From positions 1 to 36,911 of the IMG/VR virus record IMGVR_UViG_3300005259_000017: a stretch of DNA of 36,911 bases, one strand, 5' to 3'. Source of the DNA: a virus. Lineage: Duplodnaviria; Caudoviricetes. A model generated the notes under the pieces. It was given only the letters and a program-made list of their open reading frames with translations. It did no database searches and was not told the origin of the DNA. A program made the translations under genes and the position numbers. Positions 24,312 through 32,966 of the stretch are shown one piece after another (positions within the stretch are counted from its first letter, which is position 1; the number at the start of each line of letters is the position of its first letter).

Positions 24312-25750
24312 AATCAATATGGGCCAAGGTTATCGCATTTTTCATCAACATCTTGAAGCTTTCAGTCATTCCGCCTGAGGTGACGGGCGCCGACGACAAC
24401 ATCATGAAGTGGTGGGAAATCTACCGCTGCAAGGCTCCCTGGTTGTCGTATGACTATGTGACGGCATCCAGCAAGAGAAAGACCCGCGCCCGCTTGAGCC
24501 TCAACATGCCGAAAGTGCTCTGCTCGGAAATGGCGGGGCTGGTCCTCGCCGAGCCCCCGACCGTCGATGCTGGGACGCTGGTCGATGCGCTCATCAAGCA
24601 GGAAGACCTCTGGAAAAACTTGCGAAAGACGACCGAATGGGCGGGCGCCACGGGCGGCCAGGTGCTCAAGGTGCTGCTCGGATCGAAGGGCGAAGGGGCG
24701 GAGAAGAAGAACACTCTGGCGCTCGATTTCGTCAAGGCGCAGAGCTTTATTCCCCTCGCCTGGGACAATACCGAGATCACCGAGGGATCGTTTATCGACC
24801 GCCGCGCCATTGGCGAGAAGAAGCTGGTACGCGTGGAGACGCACCGGAAGGCCGCGAAGGGCGGCTACACGATCACGCAGAAAGTATTCGACGAGACGAC
24901 CGGGCTTGAGGTGGCGCTGTCGCAGTTCGACGAGAGCCTTGAACCCGAAACGATCATCCCGAAAGAAATCTCGATGCCGCTTTTCGTCTACATCCCCAAC
25001 CCCGAGGCGAACAACATCGAGCCGGAGAGCCCGCTGGGAATTTCCCTCTACGCCAACTCGCTCGATACGCTCAAGGCGATCGATACCGCCTTTGACTCGA
25101 TGCACATGGACGTCGTGTTCGGGAAGCCGCGCGTCGCGCTGCCGGGAACGGTCATGCGGGGCTATTACGACGAGAATGGCAAGAAGTGCATGGGATTCGA
25201 CCCGGACGAGGAAGTGTACTTGAGGCTTGAGGGCGACGACGCGGACAAGATGAAGCCGATCAACCTCTCGAACGAGCTGCACCCCGACGATTACAAGACG
25301 GTGATCCAGACCAACCTCGACCTCCTCGCCATGCAGACCGGCTTCGACGCCGGCTATTTCTCGTTCGACGGCCAGAGCGTGAAGACGGCGACCGAGGTCA
25401 TTTCGGACAACTCCCACACCTACAAGACCATGCAGGGCTTCCGGGCGAACCTGTCCGAAGGGCTGATCAAGCTTTTCCGCGTGGTCAACGAGCTCGGGGC
25501 GTTCTACGGCATCGCGGGAGCGGACAAGGCCAAGGTGCCGACGATCCAGTGGGACGATTCCGTGATCGAGGATCGCAACTCGAAGGCGACCTACTGGACC
25601 GACCTCTACACCAACAAACTGGTCGACCGCGCGACGGCGATCCAGAAGATCCACGGCATCGACGAGACGGCGGCGGCAGCCATGGCCGCCAAGATCGCCA
25701 AGGAAACAGCTACGGTTACAAGCGACTCGCTCTTCGGGGCGGGCGCATAA
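24308..25750 (+). CDS. Portal protein (A118/SPP1-type)
   Basis: SLNMPK, PN...N....SPLGISLYAN, KTATEVIS and I.WDDSVI.D motifs; follows terL. Confidence 0.9.
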   Translation: MKSIWAKVIAFFINILKLSVIPPEVTGADDNIMKWWEIYRCKAPWLSYDYVTASSKRKTRARLSLNMPKVLCSEMAGLVLAEPPTVDAGTLVDALIKQEDLWKNLRKTTEWAGATGGQVLKVLLGSKGEGAEKKNTLALDFVKAQSFIPLAWDNTEITEGSFIDRRAIGEKKLVRVETHRKAAKGGYTITQKVFDETTGLEVALSQFDESLEPETIIPKEISMPLFVYIPNPEANNIEPESPLGISLYANSLDTLKAIDTAFDSMHMDVVFGKPRVALPGTVMRGYYDENGKKCMGFDPDEEVYLRLEGDDADKMKPINLSNELHPDDYKTVIQTNLDLLAMQTGFDAGYFSFDGQSVKTATEVISDNSHTYKTMQGFRANLSEGLIKLFRVVNELGAFYGIAGADKAKVPTIQWDDSVIEDRNSKATYWTDLYTNKLVDRATAIQKIHGIDETAAAAMAAKIAKETATVTSDSLFGAGA

Positions 25751-25760
25751 GGAGGACGCA

Positions 25761-26198
25761 TTGAAGCTACATGAGAAGGGGCAGAAGGCTGATCGCGACC
25801 GAAAGAATGTGCTCGTCGAATACGACAAGCTCGTGAAGTTCTTTCGCATCAAGGCGGTGTCGCCGCCCGCGCTGGCGGCCATGAGCGCGGGGCAGATCTA
25901 CAAGCTCTGCGAGGACACCTGGAACCGCCAGCCGACGCGCAGGAAGCTCGACTACCAGGAGGCCATGGGAATATCGCCGCGGCGAAACCCCCTCGCCTAC
26001 CGCTGGTTCGTTCGGGACACCCTGGCGTTCAGGCAGCCGGCCAGCTTCGCCGAGCGGCTAGTGATCTACGTTCAGCTGCCGTTCCTGTATCCCGGCTTCC
26101 TGAAACGCAAGCGGGCCAGGATGGCGGCGGAGCGCGCGGAGGCCGCGAAGAAGATGCAGGACGCGGCTAAGGCCCCGAAGCTCGAGGTCGTGAAATGA
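25761..26198 (+). CDS. Hypothetical basic protein (145 aa)
   Basis: AAGGAGG RBS with a TTG start. Confidence 0.6.
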   Translation: MKLHEKGQKADRDRKNVLVEYDKLVKFFRIKAVSPPALAAMSAGQIYKLCEDTWNRQPTRRKLDYQEAMGISPRRNPLAYRWFVRDTLAFRQPASFAERLVIYVQLPFLYPGFLKRKRARMAAERAEAAKKMQDAAKAPKLEVVK

Positions 26199-26488
26199 AA
26201 GAAAAGAAATCGCAGTACAGGCCATCGGCCATAGCGGCGCTGGCGGCGGCCGTGATGCTAGGGCAAGCTCCGCTAATTAGTGCCGAAGAAACCGTCAGCA
26301 AATTCGCCAAGCCCCGCGAAAGGCACCCATGGGATGGTGTTTCGCTCTCGAAGAATGAGCGCCGAGGGAAAACCTACGAGCAAATTCAGGCACTCAGGCA
26401 GGCGAAATATGAGGCCGCAAAGAAGATGGCCGCCGCGCCAAAAGCCCGGAACTACCTCACGGATTTGAAGCTCGAGGTCGTAAAGTAA
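26195..26488 (+). CDS. Hypothetical protein (97 aa) sharing its C-terminus with the upstream gene
   Basis: ATGA coupling; ends AAKKM...KLEVVK like the upstream protein. Confidence 0.55.
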   Translation: MKEKKSQYRPSAIAALAAAVMLGQAPLISAEETVSKFAKPRERHPWDGVSLSKNERRGKTYEQIQALRQAKYEAAKKMAAAPKARNYLTDLKLEVVK

Positions 26489-27564
26489 TGAACCCCGCCG
26501 ATCTTCTTTACGCCGCCGAGACCGAAATCCTCACGGACATCGCCCGCCTTTTGCGGGGCGGTGCCGTGGCGTCGGCGAATTGGAAGATCGAAAAGCTCAA
26601 GAAGCTCGGGGCCCTGAACGACCGGGCGGCGGCCGTGTTGCGCCGTTACCGCGACGCGATCCAGGCCGGGGCCATGTCCGAGGTGGACGATGTTGCGATG
26701 GATGCGCTCCTCAAGAGCGAAGACACCTTCAAGCGGGCGAAAGAGGCCGGGGCTACCCTGCTCGATGCCGTGCCGCTCGATGCCGACCCGGCGATCAGGG
26801 CGACCATCGCGGCCTGGCAGAAAAACGCCGTGAGCCAGATGAACCTGGCCATGGCGACGATGCTCGAGCAGTCCGGGCCGCTCTATACCTCGACAATTAA
26901 CCGCGTGACGGCGCAAGTCCTCACAGGGTCCATGTCCGGGCATGAGGCGCTGGTCCGGGCGGTCAGGGAATGGAGCGAGGCCGGGATACCCTCGATCGTC
27001 GACAAGGCGGGGCGCCAGTGGACGACCGAAGCCTACGCGAACATGGTGATTCGCTCTAATACCAGGCGCGTGACGACCGAAGTACAGATGGAACGCGCGC
27101 AGGAATACGGCGCGGACTTGATCGAGGTATCGAGCCACGCCGGCGCGCGGCCGCTCTGCGCCCCGTACCAGGGCCGCATCTTTTCGCTTTCCGGCAAGTC
27201 CGAGGAGTACCCGGCATTCAGTTCAACGTCCTATGGCGAGCCGGCAGGGCTTCTAGGTATAAATTGCGGGCATACAACTTATCCTTTTTTCCCCGGCATT
27301 TCGCGCCAAACCTACAGCCCGGACGATACGCCCGAGCAGAGGGCGGAGAACGCCAGAGCCTACCAGGAAAGCCAGAAGCAGCGAGCGATCGAGCGAGGAA
27401 TCAGGGCGGCGAAGCGCCAGGCCGGGGTCTATGAAGCCCTCGGCGACAAGGGGGCGCTCGCCCAGGCGAAGGGTCTCGTGCGCGACCGCCAGGCCGCGAT
27501 GCGGGACTTCATTGAGGAAACAGGCCGCACGAGGCAGCGCGGCCGCGAACAAGTTTACGACTGA
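26488..27564 (+). CDS. Minor capsid protein (Phage_min_cap2-like)
   Basis: DKAGRQW..EAY..M.IR, VSSH.GARP.CAPYQG.IF and GL.GINC.H..YPF.PG motifs. Confidence 0.88.
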   Translation: MNPADLLYAAETEILTDIARLLRGGAVASANWKIEKLKKLGALNDRAAAVLRRYRDAIQAGAMSEVDDVAMDALLKSEDTFKRAKEAGATLLDAVPLDADPAIRATIAAWQKNAVSQMNLAMATMLEQSGPLYTSTINRVTAQVLTGSMSGHEALVRAVREWSEAGIPSIVDKAGRQWTTEAYANMVIRSNTRRVTTEVQMERAQEYGADLIEVSSHAGARPLCAPYQGRIFSLSGKSEEYPAFSSTSYGEPAGLLGINCGHTTYPFFPGISRQTYSPDDTPEQRAENARAYQESQKQRAIERGIRAAKRQAGVYEALGDKGALAQAKGLVRDRQAAMRDFIEETGRTRQRGREQVYD

Positions 27565-27575
27565 AGGATGGACCG

Positions 27576-27752
27576 ATGGACTATGAAAAGGCGTGGAATG
27601 ATCTACGGATCGTGCTTCGAGAGCTGCAAAAGGCCAGCCCCTATGGCGCCGGCGGCGCGGCAAGCACGATGAACAAGCTCATGGACACGATAGAGGATGA
27701 GCAGAAAAACGGCATTAAGACCAAGGAGGTCAATTTTGCGCGTAAGGATTGA
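27576..27752 (+). CDS. Hypothetical protein (58 aa, MDYEKAWNDL...; not in the ORF track)
   Basis: AAGGA/GGA upstream; open frame fills the gap after the minor capsid gene. Confidence 0.55.
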   Translation: MDYEKAWNDLRIVLRELQKASPYGAGGAASTMNKLMDTIEDEQKNGIKTKEVNFARKD

Positions 27753-27936
27753 GAAATTTGATACCCCGCCCCACGTAAAGATCATAGACGTGGCGACAGG
27801 GGAAGAGGTGCCTCGCGTCCTTGAAGTCTCTATTTCCATGCGTCCAGAAGGGGAGAGGTGCAAGATAACGCTCGAAGCCGAGAGCTTCGAGATTTGCGGC
27901 GAATTCAATAATTCCACGACCAAGGAGGTCAACTAA
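27736..27936 (+). CDS. Hypothetical protein (66 aa, TTG start)
   Basis: AAGGAGGT RBS 5 nt before TTG; flanked by a 15-bp direct repeat. Confidence 0.5.
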   Translation: MRVRIEKFDTPPHVKIIDVATGEEVPRVLEVSISMRPEGERCKITLEAESFEICGEFNNSTTKEVN

Positions 27937-27938
27937 TA

Positions 27939-28559
27939 ATGGATCCCACGAAAATGTTTCAGCGCTCGTTTCGCATGGCGGCCGACACACCGGCCCCCGG
28001 ACCCGCCCCTGCCCCCGCTCCGGCTCCGGCCCCAGCGCCCGCGCCAGCCCCGAGTTCGGCCCCTGCTCCCGAGGCTGAAAAGAAGTACACCGACGCCGAA
28101 GTGAACAACATGAAGGCGGGTGCCAAGAAGGAAGCGGTCGAGAAGTTCCTGAAAGACAACGGCATCGAGCCTTCCGGGAACGTGAAGGACGACATGGCCG
28201 CGTTCAAGGCGTTCCGGGACAGCCAGAAGACCGAGCTGGACAAGGAGAAGGAGGGCCGGACGGCCGCCGAAAAAGCCCGCACCGATGCCGAGGCGAGGGC
28301 GAACAAGGCCGAGGCCAAGGCGGAGGCTTTGGCGCTCGGGGTGCCGAAAGAAAAGGTCGACGACTTCATTGTCCTGGCCATGGGCGAGGAAGGCGACACG
28401 ATGGCCGCCAAGGTGGAGAAGGCGCTGGAAAAGCGGCCGTACTTCAAGGACGCGGCGGCGCCCCAGGCTCCGAACCTGGGCGCCAAGGTGAAATCGCAGA
28501 CGACGCCCGAGGCCGACGCGGCGAAGGCGGCTTTCAACGCTGCGCTCGGGATTAAGTAA
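27939..28559 (+). CDS. Capsid scaffolding protein with N-terminal (PA)n linker
   Basis: KKYTDAEVN, SQKTE..K coiled coil, LEK.PYF; precedes the major capsid gene. Confidence 0.85.
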   Translation: MDPTKMFQRSFRMAADTPAPGPAPAPAPAPAPAPAPAPSSAPAPEAEKKYTDAEVNNMKAGAKKEAVEKFLKDNGIEPSGNVKDDMAAFKAFRDSQKTELDKEKEGRTAAEKARTDAEARANKAEAKAEALALGVPKEKVDDFIVLAMGEEGDTMAAKVEKALEKRPYFKDAAAPQAPNLGAKVKSQTTPEADAAKAAFNAALGIK

Positions 28560-28563
28560 ATTA

Positions 28564-28609
28564 GGACACAATTGTGGTCTTGACAGCATGATTTTTTAGT
28601 GCTTACGAT
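28564..28609 (+). promoter_or_regulatory. Late promoter candidate: GGACACAATTGTGGTC-TTGACA-N18-TACGAT
   Basis: Consensus -35 next to the shared palindromic motif. Confidence 0.7.
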
Positions 28610-28614
28610 GTAGG

Positions 28615-28800
28615 TGAACGCGGGGAGCGAATGCTTCCCGCAGGCGCCCGCCCCTTTTGGCGGGGTTGCCGGTTGCCGACGCCGGAAAAAGGTCGGGGTG
28701 AGGTACTTGGTCCTTTATCCAAGATTTCGGCTGTCCGTATGGACGGCTTAGATCAGGTAAGGGCCACGGGTTCACCCCGGCTTTTTTATTGGCCCGAAGG
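28615..28800 (+). ncRNA. Multi-hairpin structured leader or ncRNA upstream of the major capsid gene
   Basis: At least five stems read by eye; downstream of a promoter. Confidence 0.4.
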
Positions 28801-28810
28801 CAAGAGCACA

Positions 28811-30004
28811 ATGGCTACCGCGAACGTGCTTTCTTATGCCGAGATTTTCCAGGCGGGCCTCGACCAGCAGTTCATGGAAATCTCGACCACGGCCTGGATG
28901 GAGGCGAACGCCTCCCAGGTTCGCTACAACGGCGGAAACAAGGTTCAGATCCCCAAGATCGTCGTGGAAGGGCTCGGCACCTATTCCCGGTCCACCGGCT
29001 TCCCTGACGGCGCAGTGACGCTCACCTGGGAAGAGAAGACCCTTACCCAGGACCGCGGCAAGGAATTCAACCTCGACGCCCAGGACTACGACGAGACCAA
29101 CTTCGTCGCCGGCGCCGGGACGATCCTCGGCGAGTTCCAGCGGACGAAGGTCGTTCCCGAGGTCGATGCTTACCGCTATTCGACCATCTTCTCCCTCGCC
29201 AACCAGGCGCTGAAAACCGGCGCGTACACCCCTGTTGTCGCCACCGTCTACAGCCAGATCAAGGCCGACATCGAGGCGATCCAGGACGTGATCGGCGAGA
29301 GCGAACCTCTCGTGATCGCTATTTCCCACGCCGCCGCGCTGATCCTCGACAAGTCCACCGAGATCGAGAAGCACATCGGCCTCGATACCTTCGTCAACGG
29401 CTCGCTGAGCACGAAGACCAAGACCCTCGACGGCATCCCGATGTTCCGCGTTCCCTCGGCTCGGCTCAAGAGCGCCTTCACCTTCTCGGCGACCAACGGC
29501 TTCTCCGCCGCCGCCACCGCGATGAACATCAACTGGATCATCGCCGCGCGCTCCGCGATTATCGCCATCGTCAAGACCGACAAGGTCCGCGTATTCGCCC
29601 CGGATGCGAACCAGGCCATGGACGCCTGGAAGATCCAGTACCGCAAGTACCACGACCTGTGGATCAAGGACAACGCCTTCGACGCGGTCTACGTTTCCTA
29701 CACCTCGATCGCCGCTCCCGCGCTGACCGCCACTGTGGCCAAGGGCGCTGCCGCCGGCACGAAGTTCACCGTCGAGACCGTCGCCACCGGCCACACCCTC
29801 GCCTATCTGCTTCAGGCGGGCGAGATCACCGATCCGAAGTTCAACGACATTCCCGCCGGCCTGACCGCGTACACCTCCGGGACCGACATCGCTGCAGCTG
29901 TGGCGACCAACCACCTGGGCATGTACGAGCTCGACGCGACCGGCCACGTCGTGAAGTTCACCGAGGCCACCCTGACCTCGGGCGAAATCTACTCCGCCGG
30001 CTGA
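28811..30004 (+). CDS. Major capsid protein with C-terminal extension (397 aa)
   Basis: YA..F...LD, YNGG..V.IPKI...GLG.Y.R, LTQDRG..F.LD..D.DET, EF.RT.VVPEVDAYRYS, YRKYHDLW. Start placed at ATG 28811. Confidence 0.92.
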   Translation: MATANVLSYAEIFQAGLDQQFMEISTTAWMEANASQVRYNGGNKVQIPKIVVEGLGTYSRSTGFPDGAVTLTWEEKTLTQDRGKEFNLDAQDYDETNFVAGAGTILGEFQRTKVVPEVDAYRYSTIFSLANQALKTGAYTPVVATVYSQIKADIEAIQDVIGESEPLVIAISHAAALILDKSTEIEKHIGLDTFVNGSLSTKTKTLDGIPMFRVPSARLKSAFTFSATNGFSAAATAMNINWIIAARSAIIAIVKTDKVRVFAPDANQAMDAWKIQYRKYHDLWIKDNAFDAVYVSYTSIAAPALTATVAKGAAAGTKFTVETVATGHTLAYLLQAGEITDPKFNDIPAGLTAYTSGTDIAAAVATNHLGMYELDATGHVVKFTEATLTSGEIYSAG

Positions 30005-30024
30005 TAGCGGAATAGCCACCTAGC

Positions 30025-30054
30025 AGGGCCGGCCCTTAACTGAGCCGGCCCTTT
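30025..30054 (+). terminator. Hairpin / weak terminator after the capsid gene
   Basis: AGGGCCGGC-N10-GCCGGCCCT with a short T tail. Confidence 0.55.
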
Positions 30055-30065
30055 CGGGAGGAACC

Positions 30066-30245
30066 ATGAAGTACAAGTTGAGCAAAGGCGCGGTCTCGAT
30101 CGTCCGAGAGGACGCCGCGGGCGTCGCCGAAGCGGAGGCGCGAGGCTTCGTATGCCAGGGGTCTTGCGATGAATCCTACAAGATCATCGACCCGATGGCC
30201 CGCCCCGCCCCCGTCGTGAAGGCCGCGAAAAAGGCGGCGAAGTAA
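30066..30245 (+). CDS. Small hypothetical protein (59 aa, MKYKLSKGAVSIVRED...; not in the ORF track)
   Basis: GGAGG RBS; TAATG overlap with the next gene. Confidence 0.65.
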   Translation: MKYKLSKGAVSIVREDAAGVAEAEARGFVCQGSCDESYKIIDPMARPAPVVKAAKKAAK

Positions 30246-30637
30246 TGTCCTACATCACTCAATCGTATTACGACTCCACCTATTTCGGCATCTCGGCCGG
30301 CACGGACTTCGCCCGGCTGGCCGCGCGAGCGAGTGATGATATCGACATCGCCACCATGTACGGCATCGTCCTCGCCGACCTAACGGCCGCCGAGCTGGCG
30401 ATGGTTCAGAAAGCGACCTGTGCGCAGGTCGAGCACTATGTCCAGAACGGCGACACCTACAACGAAGCGGAAAGCGCGGGCGAGCAGATCGGAAGCTATA
30501 AGGCTCCGGCCCAGGCTACCCGCAAGAACCACATGGCGCTCTGCCCTCGGGCGGTCGCCTATCTCGAACAGTCCGGCATCATGGGGCGGGCTGTATCAAA
30601 CCTGATCGACGGCGTATCCGAGGATGACGATGAGTAA
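30245..30637 (+). CDS. Head-tail adaptor protein
   Basis: MSYIT..YY...Y.G, F..LA.RAS..ID, V.KA.CAQ and IGSY motifs. Confidence 0.8.
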   Translation: MSYITQSYYDSTYFGISAGTDFARLAARASDDIDIATMYGIVLADLTAAELAMVQKATCAQVEHYVQNGDTYNEAESAGEQIGSYKAPAQATRKNHMALCPRAVAYLEQSGIMGRAVSNLIDGVSEDDDE

Positions 30638-30965
30638 CCCCATCCCCCGCCGCCTCCTCGTTCACTCCGGCACCCTGACGCCCTACGCGGGGATGGTGAA
30701 CAGCGTGAAGACCTACGGCGCCGCCGTGGCGCTCACCTTCGTCCGCTTCGAGCCGGTAAAGCAGAACGCCATGACGAGCCTTGGCGACATGAAGGCAGAC
30801 CGCTTCACCATGTTTTTTGACTGTGTAAATTCGCGCCCCGCCGGGACCGTTCCGGCCGTGGGCGACAAGATAAAGTTCGGGACGATCGAGCTGTCCGCGC
30901 GCAAGGTAACGCCCTGCTACGGATCGACGCCCGAGGTTCACCACTACGAGGTAGCCTGTGTCTAA
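30630..30965 (+). CDS. Head closure protein (Minor_capsid_1-like)
   Basis: PIP..LL.HS, VR.EP, F.D..NS.P and HHYEV motifs; alternative start at 30624. Confidence 0.78.
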   Translation: MSNPIPRRLLVHSGTLTPYAGMVNSVKTYGAAVALTFVRFEPVKQNAMTSLGDMKADRFTMFFDCVNSRPAGTVPAVGDKIKFGTIELSARKVTPCYGSTPEVHHYEVACV

Positions 30966-31305
30966 GTTCACCGATGTCGAAATGGACATTCTCAGGGTGG
31001 CGAGCCGATTATCCGGTTCGCTCGTCCGCGTCCAGGCCGCGCTCGATGAACAGGTCCTGAAGGATTCCAACTTCTTTTGCCCCCAGGCCGAGGGAACGCT
31101 GCAAAGCTCAGGCGTCCTCGCCACCGTGATCGGATCGGGCGAAGTGATCTGGGATACGCTCTACGCTCACCGCCTCTACCACCACCCCGAGTACAACTTT
31201 TCGACCGACAAGAACCCGAACGCGCGGGGCAAGTGGTTCGAAGAAGCGAAGGCGCGGCACCTCCCTGAATGGCTGGCGAAAGCCCAGGCGGCGATCAATG
31301 CCTGA
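30958..31305 (+). CDS. Neck protein (Minor_capsid_2-like)
   Basis: Q..LD..VL.DSN.F.P...G.L..S, YA..LY, NPNA..KWFE.AK motifs. Confidence 0.82.
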   Translation: MSKFTDVEMDILRVASRLSGSLVRVQAALDEQVLKDSNFFCPQAEGTLQSSGVLATVIGSGEVIWDTLYAHRLYHHPEYNFSTDKNPNARGKWFEEAKARHLPEWLAKAQAAINA

Positions 31306-31753
31306 AATCATGTCGGCGATCAATGCCTACGTCCTCGCCGAGCTGGCGAAGATTCAGGCCACGCCCTCCGGCCAGCGTCTGCCGTCCGGGCACGACTTCC
31401 CCGGCGTTTCCTTCCCTACGGCAATCAATGAAGACGCCTTTCCCGGCGACTCCCAGGAGGAACTGATCTGCCGCCACGACGTTTCCCCGCTCATTTTCCG
31501 GCGCTACCTAACCGGATCGTACTGGGCGCAGTTCAGCTTTTCATACTACGCGAAGTCGGCTCAGGTCGTCCTCGCGCGCCAATGGCTCGAAGCCATCGAG
31601 GCGGTGCTGTTTCTCGACAATTTCCAGAATCTACTCGGCCTTACGGAAGGCCGTTTGGAGACGGTTGCGCGGCCCACGTTCATTTCGAGAGACGAGAGCG
31701 GCGCAAATATCTACACCAGCTCGTATAAGCTGGTTTATTTCGAGGAGGTATAG
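31298..31753 (+). CDS. Tail terminator (Minor_capsid_3-like)
   Basis: Position before the major tail gene; P.....DE.G..IY motif. Confidence 0.7.
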   Translation: MPEIMSAINAYVLAELAKIQATPSGQRLPSGHDFPGVSFPTAINEDAFPGDSQEELICRHDVSPLIFRRYLTGSYWAQFSFSYYAKSAQVVLARQWLEAIEAVLFLDNFQNLLGLTEGRLETVARPTFISRDESGANIYTSSYKLVYFEEV

Positions 31754-31756
31754 CGT

Positions 31757-32473
31757 ATGAGCGCTCCCCTGAATTTCCAGACTCTCTTCGAGCTGGACAT
31801 CAACCCCGGCGGCACGGCGCAGTATGTGCGTGTCGGCGCGGGCCTGGTCTCGGCGACCCCGGGAAACAACGAGTCCGTCGATGAGAAGGGCTACCTGGAC
31901 GGCAACGGCGGCAAGAGTTCGAACGTCACCGCCTTCCAGTACAAGATTCCCTTCTCCGGCGACCGCATCCCCGGCGACGCCGCGCAGGACTGGGTTCTCT
32001 CCAAGCTGTTCGCCATCGGCCCGAACCGGCTCACCAACTTCCGGTCGACCAACGCCGGCGGCACGGTCATCTCCGGCCCCTGCACCATCGCCAACATCAC
32101 GCCCCCCGGCGGCGATGCGAACAGCCCCAGCGCGTTCGGTTTCGAGGTTCACCTGAACGGCAAGCCGACGAAGGTTGACCCCGTCGCGGCCACGGCGCTG
32201 CCCCTGACCATCGCGGCCTCCGCGGTGACCTCCGGCTGCACGAAGGCGACGATCACCAGCCTGGGCGCCGGGAACCACGCGGGCTACAAGCTGTCTACGG
32301 CGGCTCTCGTCGTGAAGAACCGCGAGTACGTGGGTGATTACATCGCCTACACCTCCGGCGCGGACATCGCGGCGGTTGCGGGCCAGTACCTCAACGTGTA
32401 CGAGCTCGACGCCTACGAGCACGTCGTCAAGTTCATCAGCCAGGTTCTCGCCTCGGGCGACATCAAAGCGTAA
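31757..32473 (+). CDS. Major tail protein with C-terminal extension (238 aa)
   Basis: G.G.....P.NNE....YLDG.G...VT, FSG.R..GD.AQD, TI.NI...GGDAN....F.FE...NGKP. Confidence 0.85.
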   Translation: MSAPLNFQTLFELDINPGGTAQYVRVGAGLVSATPGNNESVDEKGYLDGNGGKSSNVTAFQYKIPFSGDRIPGDAAQDWVLSKLFAIGPNRLTNFRSTNAGGTVISGPCTIANITPPGGDANSPSAFGFEVHLNGKPTKVDPVAATALPLTIAASAVTSGCTKATITSLGAGNHAGYKLSTAALVVKNREYVGDYIAYTSGADIAAVAGQYLNVYELDAYEHVVKFISQVLASGDIKA

Positions 32474-32567
32474 AAGCGTCCTCCTTCCCCCTCTCCTGCA
32501 GGGGTCGTAGCAGGATAGGCCGCCCGCGCCGAATCGCGGGCTTCATTTCCAGTGAAGGAGGAAATGC

Positions 32568-32966
32568 ATGAAAGAGTTTAATTTCAAGGAACGCAAGAAC
32601 GTCCTGGTTCTGAAAATCTGCGGTAAGGATTACCGCTTCGACGTTTCCCCGACCAACTACAAGTTCGTCAAGGCCATTTCGGCGATCTGGCGCGAGGTGG
32701 AAGACCTCACGAAGAAGTTCGCCAACTCGAAGAACGAAGACCTCGGCACCATCGAAGCGCAGTTCGACGCCATCAAGGCAAAAGAGCAAGAGATGGTCGA
32801 ACTGCTCATTCCTGGCGCGTGGGATGAGCTTTTCGAGAAGGCCGGAAACGACCTCTTGGACATGGTGGATCTGCTCACGTTCATCGCCTCGAACATCAAG
32901 GGCGCGGGCGTCGCGGCCAAGGTGGACTCGGTGAAGCCGGCCACCAAGGGCAGCCGTGAAATTTAA
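32568..32966 (+). CDS. Tail assembly chaperone
   Basis: AGGAGG RBS; lies between the major tail gene and the Gp15-like gene. Confidence 0.7.
   Translation: MKEFNFKERKNVLVLKICGKDYRFDVSPTNYKFVKAISAIWREVEDLTKKFANSKNEDLGTIEAQFDAIKAKEQEMVELLIPGAWDELFEKAGNDLLDMVDLLTFIASNIKGAGVAAKVDSVKPATKGSREI

Noticed and set aside
24362-25882. Long minus-strand ORF (also 28772-30019, 21375-22370, 13398-14126, 31631-32422)
   Set aside because: Antisense shadows of well-supported GC-rich genes, with no recognisable motifs.
27990-28070. GC-rich repeat at the start of the scaffold gene
   Set aside because: Explained by a Pro-Ala linker with varied codons; common in scaffolding proteins.
28631-28810. 60-aa N-terminal extension of the major capsid ORF
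   Set aside because: It overlaps the hairpin-rich leader; capsid-like sequence starts at ATG 28811.
32955-32966. Programmed -1 frameshift between tail chaperone and Gp15-like gene
   Set aside because: The AAATTTA heptamer is not in the chaperone's frame, and the downstream ORF is +1 with its own GTG start.
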